Below, one piece after another: positions 42,373-50,427 of a stretch of DNA of 64,000 bases. A program made the position numbers and the translations under genes. The DNA comes from Patescibacteria group bacterium. Its GTDB lineage: Bacteria > Patescibacteriota > Minisyncoccia > Minisyncoccales > GWA2-38-27. The notes under the pieces were generated by a model. The model saw nothing but the letters and a program-made list of their open reading frames with translations, was not told the DNA's origin and made no database searches. Position 1 is the stretch's first letter. Each line of letters starts with the position of its first letter. The stretch lies in assembly GCA_020148045.1 (NCBI GenBank), contig JAHCRG010000004.1:64576-128575 (forward strand). The letters are read 5' to 3'.

Positions 42373-43830
42373 ATGAAGTGGGAATTTATTTATAAAGAAA
42401 GACAGGCTAATTTATTTCCTTTCTATGTATTTGCTAAGCCTTGGGGTACGTTGATAAGGCCTATTTTTGGTAAGAATTTGAAACCTATATTACTAATCTT
42501 TTCTGAAAAAGGAATAGAATATTTTGTTAATCAAGAAGCTTTTCATAAACTTGGTAAGATGGCTTATATTTTATTTCTGAGAGATAAGTTTTATAACAAC
42601 ATGACTAGGAAAGTAGATGAATATGGAAGGAAAATAACTAAAACAGCTGAATTAATTGAAAGACAGAACCTTTCAAAAATTAGTGAAAAGCAACTTATAA
42701 AATATTTTAAAAGAATTAATAAAGAAATGCTTTATATAGATAAGTGGGGTCAACTTTTAAGCTTAACAGAATACGGGTCTAATAATTATACTACGGAGGG
42801 ATTAATGAAAGAAATTGAGAAGAAAGTTAAGAAAAAGAAAATAGATCAAACATCTGTTCAAGTTTCTAGATTATTATCAAACCCTATTAGATCTTCTTAT
42901 TTCAGAAAAGAAAGCTTAGACTTTTTAAGAATAGCTGTAAAGATATTAAAGAATAATTTAAGCCTAAATTCTCCTGAAATAAAAAAAGAAATTAATCAAC
43001 ATACAAGGAATTTCTGTTGGATTAATTTTGGTTATGTTGGCCCTGCTTTAATTTCTGAAGACTTTAGAAAAGAACTAAAAGAATTGATAATAAAAAAGAA
43101 CCTAGAAGATATATATCAAAAAAAGAAGAACGAGTTAAATGTGATAAAAAAAGATCAGGAAAAAGTAGAAGAAGAACTAAAGTTAAATAAATTAATAAGA
43201 AAAAGATTCTTTATAGTAAGAGATCAGACATATTATAAAGAGTACCGCAAAGAAGTTCTTTTTCACGGCTTTTATGCTTGTGAATTAATCCAAAAAGAAC
43301 TAGCAAAAAGATGGAAGGTTCCTCTTATAGCCTTTAGATATATATTGCCATATGAGTATAAGAAAGAGGAAGTAGAAAAGCTATATAGTCAAAGAAAAGA
43401 TCTTTGTGTTTATTATTTAGACAAAGATAAAGAGTTTGTCCTTACTGGTGATGAAGCAAAAGAGAAGATTAGTAAACTAGAAAGAGAAGAAAAAAGATTA
43501 GAAGGAATTAAAGAGTTAAAGGGTAATGCAGCTTTTCTTGGGAAAGCTAAAGGAACCGTTAGAATAGTGATGGGAGAAGGACATTTACACAAAGTGAAAA
43601 AAGGAGATGTTTTAGTTTCTTTTTCTACTAATCCGCAAATGATTGTGGCCATGAAGAAATCAGCTGCAATAGTAACAGAACAGGGTGGTATTACTTCACA
43701 TGCCGCTATTGTTTCTAGAGAACTACATATACCCTGTATAGTAGGTGTAAAGAATGCTACAAAAGCTTTTAAAGACGGAGATTTAGTGGAAGTAGATGCT
43801 AATAATGGAATAATTAGGAAAGTAAAATAG
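42373..43830 (+). CDS. protein with a C-terminal PEP-utilising-enzyme mobile (swivelling phosphohistidine) domain and an unrecognised N-terminal region
   Basis: C-terminal GGITSHAAIVSRELHIPCIVG is the phosphohistidine swivel-domain signature of PEP synthase / PPDK / rifampin phosphotransferase. The first roughly 380 aa match nothing I recognise. Confidence 0.6.
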   Translation: MKWEFIYKERQANLFPFYVFAKPWGTLIRPIFGKNLKPILLIFSEKGIEYFVNQEAFHKLGKMAYILFLRDKFYNNMTRKVDEYGRKITKTAELIERQNLSKISEKQLIKYFKRINKEMLYIDKWGQLLSLTEYGSNNYTTEGLMKEIEKKVKKKKIDQTSVQVSRLLSNPIRSSYFRKESLDFLRIAVKILKNNLSLNSPEIKKEINQHTRNFCWINFGYVGPALISEDFRKELKELIIKKNLEDIYQKKKNELNVIKKDQEKVEEELKLNKLIRKRFFIVRDQTYYKEYRKEVLFHGFYACELIQKELAKRWKVPLIAFRYILPYEYKKEEVEKLYSQRKDLCVYYLDKDKEFVLTGDEAKEKISKLEREEKRLEGIKELKGNAAFLGKAKGTVRIVMGEGHLHKVKKGDVLVSFSTNPQMIVAMKKSAAIVTEQGGITSHAAIVSRELHIPCIVGVKNATKAFKDGDLVEVDANNGIIRKVK

Positions 43831-43900
43831 CTACTTTTAACCCTTGAAACATCTTTAATTCTTGGATAATTTGGTTCCAACTGAATCTCACGAAGTCCAC

Positions 43901-43938
43901 AAAAAAAGAGATTGGTTCCCCCAATCTCTTTTTTTTTG
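43901..43938. terminator. intrinsic terminator
   Basis: A7 + GAGATTGG ttcccc CCAATCTC + T9. Confidence 0.8.
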
Positions 43939-44009
43939 TTGCGCTTGGAACAAATTTTTGCTATAAAAGACCTAAGGGTCTTACATATATAAAAATATAA
44001 AAAGATAAT

Positions 44010-45209
44010 ATGTCATTATTTAAGAAAATTCTTTTGGTTGTAATTGTTTTTGCTGTTTTTGGTGCCGGATTTTTGGTTGGAAAGAACACAGTTATTTGTC
44101 CAATCTGCCCTCCAGAAGACCTTGATTTTTCTCTTTTCTGGGAGGCCTGGCATAAAATTCAGGAAGAATATGTTAACCCGGAAGATATTAATATTCAAGA
44201 GTTAATTTATGGAGCGATCTCTGGAATGGTAAAATCTTTAGGAGACCCTTATACTGTCTTTTTTAATCCTGAAGATACTAAAACATTTTTAGAGGATGTA
44301 AGCGGCAGTTTTGAGGGAGTGGGCATGGAAATCGGTATAAGAGAAGGGCAACTTCAGGTTATTGCTCCTTTGGAAGGAACGCCAGCTCAAAAGGCCGGCC
44401 TTCGGCCAGGTGATAGAATTATAAAAATAGATGATACTTTAACTATGGATATTACTATTGAGGAAGCAGTAACTCTAATTCGGGGGCCAAAAGGAACAGA
44501 GGTAACCTTAACTATCTTTCGGGATGAATGGGAAACCTCAGAGGAAATTATCATCAAAAGAGCAGTTATTAAAGTTCCTTCTTTGAAATGGGAGTTACTC
44601 GCCTCAGCAGGCGAAGCTGACGGGGAGGAAGAAGAGATTGCCTATATTAAACTCTATCATTTCTCTGGAAAATCTGACCGTGATTTTAGAGAAATGGCAG
44701 CTGAAATCTTAAAAAGCCCAGCTGAAAAGATAATTTTAGATTTGAGAAGTAATCCCGGAGGTTATTTGGAAAGAGCTCAAGATATTGCTGGCTGGTTTTT
44801 AGAAAAGGGCCAAGTTGTGGTTATTGAAGATTTTGGCACCGAAAAAGAGCAAGAGGTTTACAAGGCTAAGGGCAATTCCAAGTTTTCAGATTATCCAGTG
44901 GTGATTTTAATCAATCAGGGATCTGCTTCTGCCTCTGAGATTTTAGCTTCGGCTCTTCGGGATAATCGGGGTATAAAAATAATCGGGGAAGCCTCTTTTG
45001 GAAAAGGTTCGGTCCAGAAATTAGAAGAACTAAGAGATGGCTCTAGTTTAAAAATTACAGTAGCAAACTGGTTAACACCTAAGGGCAATCTTATTACCAA
45101 TAAAGGCTTAGAACCAGATATTAAAGTAGAGATGACAGAAGAGGACTATCAAGAGGAGCGGGATCCTCAACTTGGGAAAGCTCTTGAGATAATTGGAGAA
45201 ATAGAGTAG
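44010..45209 (+). CDS. ctpA: carboxy-terminal processing protease (S41, PDZ-containing)
   Basis: N-terminal anchor, PDZ segment (GLRPGDRIIKID) and GSASASEILASALRDN catalytic Ser region. Confidence 0.88.
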   Translation: MSLFKKILLVVIVFAVFGAGFLVGKNTVICPICPPEDLDFSLFWEAWHKIQEEYVNPEDINIQELIYGAISGMVKSLGDPYTVFFNPEDTKTFLEDVSGSFEGVGMEIGIREGQLQVIAPLEGTPAQKAGLRPGDRIIKIDDTLTMDITIEEAVTLIRGPKGTEVTLTIFRDEWETSEEIIIKRAVIKVPSLKWELLASAGEADGEEEEIAYIKLYHFSGKSDRDFREMAAEILKSPAEKIILDLRSNPGGYLERAQDIAGWFLEKGQVVVIEDFGTEKEQEVYKAKGNSKFSDYPVVILINQGSASASEILASALRDNRGIKIIGEASFGKGSVQKLEELRDGSSLKITVANWLTPKGNLITNKGLEPDIKVEMTEEDYQEERDPQLGKALEIIGEIE

Positions 45210-45220
45210 AATAAAGTAAT

Positions 45221-45670
45221 ATGCGAATAATTCTTCTTCAAGATGTAGAAAACATAGGAAAGAAATATGAAATCAAGGACATTAAAGATGGCTATGCCAG
45301 GAATTTTTTAATTCCCAAGGGTTTAGCTAAAATGGCAACAAAAGAAGCTTTAAAATGGTTAGAAGAACAAAAAGAAATTGAGGAAAAGAGGGCTGGAGAA
45401 GAGTTAAGGGAAATTCAAAAATTAGCTTCGGAGATTGATGGAGTAGAGGTAATAATCCCGATTAAAGTTGGTGAAGACGGACAATTATTTGAGAGAATAC
45501 CCACCCAAAAAATTTCTGAAAAGTTAAAAGAATTAGGATTTGAAGTTAAAAAAAGCCAAATTGATTTGGCTGAACCTCTTGGAGAGCTTGGTGAATTTCC
45601 AATAAAAGTTAAATTTGAACACAATTTAGAGTCGGAGATAAGAGTAATTATTACAGAAGAAAAACGATAA
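45221..45670 (+). CDS. rplI: 50S ribosomal protein L9
   Basis: MRIILLQDVENIGKKYEIKDIKDGYARNFLIPKGLA N-terminal domain. Confidence 0.92.
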   Translation: MRIILLQDVENIGKKYEIKDIKDGYARNFLIPKGLAKMATKEALKWLEEQKEIEEKRAGEELREIQKLASEIDGVEVIIPIKVGEDGQLFERIPTQKISEKLKELGFEVKKSQIDLAEPLGELGEFPIKVKFEHNLESEIRVIITEEKR

Positions 45671-47298
45671 TGGCTAAGTTTATCTTTGTTGCCGGTGGCG
45701 TAATGTCTGGCATTGGAAAGGGGATAGCAGTATCTTCAATTGGAAGAATTTTAAAAAGCAAAGGATTTAAAGTAACGGCGATTAAAATTGACCCTTATAT
45801 TAATGTTGATGCCGGAACTATGAATCCCATTGAGCATGGAGAGGTTTTTGTAACCGATGATGGGATTGAGTGCGACCAAGATGTAGGAAATTACGAAAGA
45901 TTTTTGGACGAAGACATCTATACAGATAATTATATGACTACGGGCAGGGTTTATCAGGCAGTAATAAATCGGGAAAGGAATTTAGGGTATGGCGGCAGAT
46001 GCGTAGAAGTAGTTCCTGATATTCCTAATGAAGTAATTTCAAGAATTAAACGAGTGGGGGAAAAAACTAAAGCTAATTTTATATTAATTGAAATCGGGGG
46101 GACAGTAGGGGAATATCAAAACATGCTTTTTTTAGAAGCAGCCAGAATGCTCAAACTAAGCCATTCTAAAGATGTGCTTTTTATTTTGGTTAGTTATTTA
46201 CCCATTCCCGAGAAAATCGGCGAAATGAAAACTAAACCAACCCAGTATGCTGTTAGAACCTTAAATTCAGCCGGTATTCAACCAAATATAATTCTGGCCC
46301 GTTCGACAGTTCCCTTGGATGAAATCAGAAAAAGAAAAATATCAATTTTCTGTAACGTTGCTCCTCAAGATGTTATCTCTGCTCCAGACATTGAAACAAT
46401 CTATGAAGTCCCTCTTAATTTTGAAAAAGAAAATTTAGGCAATCAAATTTTAAAAAAATTGGGATTGGCGCCGAGAAGAAAAAAAGACCTGAAAGATTGG
46501 GAGGCGTTGGTCAAAACAATAAAGAATGCCTCAAAAACAGTTAAGATTGGTATAGTTGGGAAATATTTTGAGACGGGTAGGTTCACTTTGATGGATTCTT
46601 ATATCTCAGTAATTGAAGCAGTAAAGCATGCTGCTTATTTTTTTAAAAGAAGGCCCAAAATCTTCTGGTTGTCAGCAGGAGAATACGAGAAAAATCCTAA
46701 CCAACTGAAAGAATTAAAGAAATACGATGGCATAATTGTTCCCGGTGGATTTGGAGATAGGGGAATAGAAGGCAAGATAAAAGCAATTGAATTCTGCAGA
46801 AAAAATAAAATCCCTTTTTTGGGACTTTGTTTAGGAATGCAATTATCAGTAATTGAATTTGCTCGAAATGTTTGTGGTTTAAAAAAAGCAAATTCAACCG
46901 AATTCGCAACGAGGACGGGCGTTGATAGTGTAATTGACGTTATGCCTGAACAAAAAGCTCTTTTGAAAGAAAAAAAATATGGAGGAACAATGAGATTAGG
47001 AGCTTATAACTGTAAAATAACGCCAGATACCATTAGCTTTAAGGCCTACAAGACCCAAATGATATCTGAACGTCATCGCCATCGCTATGAGCTAAACAAT
47101 GATTATAGAAAGGTTTTGGAAGAAAATGGATTAATAATGGCAGGAATCAATCCTGAAAAAGATTTAGTAGAGATTATTGAAGTTAAAAATCATCCTTTTT
47201 TTGTAGCCAGTCAGTTTCACCCGGAATTTAAATCAAGACCCTTAAGGCCTCATCCGCTTTTTAGAGAATTTGTCAGAGCGAGCATAAAAAGGAGTTAA
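45670..47298 (+). CDS. pyrG: CTP synthase
   Basis: [19 protein letters not shown]-terminus and GLCLGMQ glutaminase Cys; full length. Confidence 0.95.
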   Translation: MAKFIFVAGGVMSGIGKGIAVSSIGRILKSKGFKVTAIKIDPYINVDAGTMNPIEHGEVFVTDDGIECDQDVGNYERFLDEDIYTDNYMTTGRVYQAVINRERNLGYGGRCVEVVPDIPNEVISRIKRVGEKTKANFILIEIGGTVGEYQNMLFLEAARMLKLSHSKDVLFILVSYLPIPEKIGEMKTKPTQYAVRTLNSAGIQPNIILARSTVPLDEIRKRKISIFCNVAPQDVISAPDIETIYEVPLNFEKENLGNQILKKLGLAPRRKKDLKDWEALVKTIKNASKTVKIGIVGKYFETGRFTLMDSYISVIEAVKHAAYFFKRRPKIFWLSAGEYEKNPNQLKELKKYDGIIVPGGFGDRGIEGKIKAIEFCRKNKIPFLGLCLGMQLSVIEFARNVCGLKKANSTEFATRTGVDSVIDVMPEQKALLKEKKYGGTMRLGAYNCKITPDTISFKAYKTQMISERHRHRYELNNDYRKVLEENGLIMAGINPEKDLVEIIEVKNHPFFVASQFHPEFKSRPLRPHPLFREFVRASIKRS

Positions 47299-47579
47299 GT
47301 TTCTTTTTGTTCCACGTTTACAACTTTGGCTGTTCGTTGAGAACTATCAAAACGTCTGATTCGTTTTGTTTTAAACTTAACAACTCCTGCTTTTTTCGCA
47401 TAAAGGGTGTCATCAGCCCCTTTTCTGACATTTTTTCCAGGGCAAAACTTTGTTCCCCGTTGACGAACAATTATCATTCCCGCCTTAGCTTTTTGTCCTT
47501 CAAAAAGTTTAACCCCAAGATACTTTGGTCTGGAATCTCTTCCTAATTTTGTTGCTCCTTTTGCTTTTGTCTTAGCCAT
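47295..47579 (-). CDS. rpmA: 50S ribosomal protein L27
   Basis: [12 protein letters not shown]...[14 protein letters not shown] signature. It is monocistronic, with no adjacent rplU. Confidence 0.92.
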   Translation of the reverse strand: MAKTKAKGATKLGRDSRPKYLGVKLFEGQKAKAGMIIVRQRGTKFCPGKNVRKGADDTLYAKKAGVVKFKTKRIRRFDSSQRTAKVVNVEQKET

Positions 47580-47587
47580 ATTTGTTT

Positions 47588-47616
47588 ATGTTAGCAAAAT
47601 TTCTCAAACTTATCAA
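47588..47616 (-). promoter_or_regulatory. sigma70-type promoter TTGATA-17-TAACAT (rpmA)
   Basis: Minus strand: TTGATA at 47611-47616 and TAACAT at 47588-47593. Confidence 0.5.
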
Positions 47617-47724
47617 GCATTATCAGGCAGATATTATATTATTTATTACTGTTATTTTAGTTTCTTTACTATCTTTTGCCGCAGGATATATAATAAAAAA
47701 TTTCTAATTTCTAATTTCTAAAAT

Positions 47725-48651
47725 ATGCAAGTAGCAATTATTGGAGCAGGGATTTCGGGTCTCTATTTAGCTTGGAAACTTTCTGGAAAAGGGCATGATG
47801 TTACTGTTTTTGAGAAAAAAGGAAAGGTTGGAAATGAAGTTTGTTCAGGCCTTTTTTCTAAAAGAATTTTAGAATTTATACCTGAGAGTCATAAGCTGAT
47901 ACAAAACAGAATAAGTCATGTTATTCTGCATTTTTCTAAAAAAACGGTAAAAGTAGAATTTTCTAAAAATTTTTTTGTAATAAGCCATTTTGAATTAGAT
48001 AAATTAGTAGCTGATTTAGCTCAAAAATCAGGAGCTAAAATTATTTTAGATCATAATGTTTCTTCCTTGCCTGAAGGATTTGATAAAATAATTGGCTGCG
48101 ATGGAGCTAATTCCTTTATGAGGAAAAGTTTGAATCTTCCGGAGCCTACATATCGATTAGGAATATTGGGGTTTATAAGAAGACCTTATTCTATAAATTA
48201 TGTAGAAACCTGGCCTTGCAAAAATGGTTTTATTTGGAAAATTCCCAGAGGTAAAGAGATAGAATACGGAATTCTTGCCAAACCAAAAGAAGCTAAGCTA
48301 ATTTTTGATGAATTTTTGAAGAAAAAAAATATTATTCTTGAAAGAGCGAAATCAAAAATAGTTCCTCAGGGTCTTATAATGCCATCAAGTCTTTTAATAA
48401 CTCTTTGTGGAGACGCTACTGGTTTAACTAAACCTTGGTCAGGTGGGGGAGTGATTTGGGGGCTGACTGGAGCTGAAATTCTTTTAAAAACTTTTCCTGA
48501 TTTTCTAAAATACAAAAGAGCAATGAGAAGATTCTTTATCCCCAAAATCATTTTTTCTAAAACAGCAGTTAAATTAGTTTATTTTTTGGGATACAGAACT
48601 CCTTGGCTTCTTCCAAAAAAAGCCAGAATGGAATCTGACTTTCTATTGTAA
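47725..48651 (+). CDS. FAD-dependent oxidoreductase (geranylgeranyl reductase-like family)
   Basis: VAIIGAGISGLYLAWKL dinucleotide-binding motif and CDGANSFMR segment. Confidence 0.7.
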   Translation: MQVAIIGAGISGLYLAWKLSGKGHDVTVFEKKGKVGNEVCSGLFSKRILEFIPESHKLIQNRISHVILHFSKKTVKVEFSKNFFVISHFELDKLVADLAQKSGAKIILDHNVSSLPEGFDKIIGCDGANSFMRKSLNLPEPTYRLGILGFIRRPYSINYVETWPCKNGFIWKIPRGKEIEYGILAKPKEAKLIFDEFLKKKNIILERAKSKIVPQGLIMPSSLLITLCGDATGLTKPWSGGGVIWGLTGAEILLKTFPDFLKYKRAMRRFFIPKIIFSKTAVKLVYFLGYRTPWLLPKKARMESDFLL

Positions 48652-48665
48652 ATATTCGTATGCAT

Positions 48666-48773
48666 AAAAAAAGGAAGGGTAGAAGTTTTCGCTCTTTGCA
48701 GGAGAAGTTTTTGGAGGAAATGGCGAGAGGACTTCTAGTAGAATTCCCTTCCTTTCTACGCGTAAATGCGTAG
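48666..48773. other. ORF-free structured segment: long-range helix plus second hairpin (possible minus-strand terminator or sRNA)
   Basis: GGAAGGGTAGAAG (48673-48685) pairs with CTTCTA..CCCTTCC (48732-48752). An A7 run at 48666-48672 gives U7 on the minus strand. A second hairpin is CTACGC gtaaat GCGTAG (48756-48773). Confidence 0.4.
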
Positions 48774-48799
48774 TGTGAAGACATTTACGAAGTTTTAGC

Positions 48800-48828
48800 T
48801 TGAAAACGATCTAGTTCTATTTTATAAT
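48800..48828 (+). promoter_or_regulatory. sigma70-type promoter TTGAAA-17-TATAAT (uppS)
   Basis: TTGAAA at 48800-48805 and TATAAT at 48823-48828. Confidence 0.55.
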
Positions 48829-48862
48829 AATAAAAAATAATAAACAATGTCAATATTTATTA

Positions 48863-49564
48863 ATGAAAAAACAAATATTTAAAATACCTACTCATTTAGG
48901 AATCATTATTGACGGAAACCGGAGGTGGGCCAAAAAAAGAGGCCTACCTTCTTTTGAAGGTCACCGCAGAGGATTAGATAGGGTCAATAAGATAGGGGAG
49001 TGGTGCAGAAAGCGAGGGGTAAAAATTTTAACTCTTTATACTTTTTCTACTGAAAATTGGAATAGGTCTAAAAAAGAAATAAGTTATTTAATGAAACTTC
49101 TCGGCGAAGCTTTGAATAGAAAGAATGTAAAAGAGTTGCATCAAAAAAAGATAAAATTACAAGTAATTGGCCAGAAAGAAAGGTTGCCTCGATTCCTTCA
49201 ACAGAGAATAAAAAAAGCAGAAGGATTAACTCAAAACAACAAAGAGGGGATTTTGAATTTAGCTATTTCTTATGGGGGGAGACCAGAAATTGTTCAAGCT
49301 GTTAAAAACATTATAGAAAAGAAAGTTCTTGCCAGTAAAATTACCGAAGATTTAATCGATAAAAACCTCTGGACAGCAGATTTGCCTGAGCCAGATTTAA
49401 TTATTCGAACCGGTGGAGCACAACGACTATCTAATTTTTTAACCTGGCAATCTATTTATTCTGAACTTTATTTCACCAAAAAACACTGGCCCGAATTCAC
49501 CGAGAAAGATTTAGACGAAGCCCTTTTAGATTATAGTCGCCGCCAAAGAAGATTCGGAAGATAA
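48863..49564 (+). CDS. uppS: undecaprenyl-diphosphate synthase (cis-prenyltransferase)
   Basis: HLGIIIDGNRRWA, FSTENWNR, RTGGAQRLSNFLTWQ and RRFG motifs. Confidence 0.93.
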   Translation: MKKQIFKIPTHLGIIIDGNRRWAKKRGLPSFEGHRRGLDRVNKIGEWCRKRGVKILTLYTFSTENWNRSKKEISYLMKLLGEALNRKNVKELHQKKIKLQVIGQKERLPRFLQQRIKKAEGLTQNNKEGILNLAISYGGRPEIVQAVKNIIEKKVLASKITEDLIDKNLWTADLPEPDLIIRTGGAQRLSNFLTWQSIYSELYFTKKHWPEFTEKDLDEALLDYSRRQRRFGR

Positions 49565-49626
49565 GAACCTCGCCTTCGGCGAGAACCTTGATTCGCTAAG
49601 GTATGAATATATATTCTTAAATTAAA
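49561..49626 (+). repeat. copy B of the conserved intergenic module (hairpin + TTGATT-16-TATATT block)
   Basis: See 21537-21598. It begins at the uppS stop codon, with hairpin CTCGCC ttc GGCGAG. Confidence 0.85.
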
Positions 49627-49642
49627 ATATTGTGTGACAGAA

Positions 49643-49675
49643 GAATCCGAACTCCGTTCGGATTCTTTGTTTTTC
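49643..49675 (+). terminator. intrinsic terminator downstream of module copy B
   Basis: GAATCCGAAC tcc GTTCGGATTC (10 bp) followed by TTTGTTTTT. Confidence 0.8.
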
Positions 49676-49696
49676 TTGGGGTGTTAATAAATCCCC

Positions 49697-49724
49697 TTGA
49701 CAACAGTTTTGGTTGATATATCAT
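49697..49724 (+). promoter_or_regulatory. sigma70-type promoter TTGACA-16-TATCAT
   Basis: TTGACA at 49697-49702 and TATCAT at 49719-49724. Confidence 0.5.
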
Positions 49725-49857
49725 ATTTACAATATTTAAAAAAGGTTGTTATTTTCTTTTTATTAATATAAATTCGGATGGGCGCCCGCCTGCCAGTCGC
49801 TACCGCTCCAGGCGATTGCGGTCAGGCATTCGTAGTGCGCTATTCGTATGCAATAAA

Positions 49858-50010
49858 ATGTCGCAGAAAATACCAAACCTTCTTTATTCAAATGAATATA
49901 ATGAATTAAATGAAATAGATGGGTGGGATGAAGAGGATGAAGAAGCCAAAACAGTTGGGGTAGAGGAAGAAGATAAAGAAGAACTTGAGTATGACGAAGA
50001 AGAAGATTAA
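49858..50010 (+). CDS. hyper-acidic small protein (50 aa), hypothetical
   Basis: MSQKIPNLLYSNEYNELNEIDGWDEEDEEAKTVGVEEEDKEELEYDEEED. The ATG at 49858 is preferred over the TTG at 49816. No clear Shine-Dalgarno. A terminator follows directly. Confidence 0.45.
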   Translation: MSQKIPNLLYSNEYNELNEIDGWDEEDEEAKTVGVEEEDKEELEYDEEED

Positions 50011-50036
50011 AAAAACGCCTTCTCGGCGTTTTTTTA
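50010..50036. terminator. intrinsic terminator
   Basis: A6 + CGCC ttctc GGCG + T7. Confidence 0.75.
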
Positions 50037-50051
50037 ATTGGCTTTAATCTT

Positions 50052-50079
50052 TTGACAAATCCGCAAAATATGCTAACAT
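50052..50079 (+). promoter_or_regulatory. sigma70-type promoter TTGACA-16-TAACAT
   Basis: TTGACA at 50052-50057 and TAACAT at 50074-50079. It is 23/29 identical to the promoter at 51442-51469. Confidence 0.55.
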
Positions 50080-50080
50080 T

Positions 50081-50118
50081 CAGTTATAGTTCTTTGTAAC
50101 AGTTATAGCTCTTTGTAA
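50081..50118 (+). promoter_or_regulatory. tandem 19-nt direct repeat containing two boxA-like elements (or an operator)
   Basis: CAGTTATAGTTCTTTGTAA / CAGTTATAGCTCTTTGTAA (18/19 identical), starting at about the predicted TSS. The cores GTTCTTTGTAA and GCTCTTTGTAA resemble the NusB/NusE boxA (E. coli GCTCTTTAACAA). Confidence 0.5.
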
Positions 50119-50141
50119 ATTTTGATGAGAGGAGAAGAAAA

Positions 50142-50399
50142 ATGTTAAAGATTGCAGGAATCGTAACAGCAGGTATAGTATTTTTATTAATGGTTGGGCA
50201 CGCAATATATTGGACAATAAAAAGGGAATGGTCATCGGCCTCTTTTAGTAAATACTACTGGTGTCTGATAATAGGATTGAGCAGTGTTGCCGCTGTAATT
50301 TCTATTGTAACCGCTATCCGGAAAGAAACTCCTATTTGGATTCCGGTTCTGTTGTGTATTGTTATTTTCATAATAGTTAAACAGTGGAGAAAAACTTAA
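50142..50399 (+). CDS. small membrane protein (85 aa, 3 TM), hypothetical
   Basis: GAGAGGAGAAG Shine-Dalgarno and three hydrophobic helices. First gene of a two-gene unit with the guaA-like gene. Confidence 0.55.
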   Translation: MLKIAGIVTAGIVFLLMVGHAIYWTIKREWSSASFSKYYWCLIIGLSSVAAVISIVTAIRKETPIWIPVLLCIVIFIIVKQWRKT

Positions 50400-50427
50400 A
50401 AAGAAAATAAAAGAAAGGAGCAAAATA

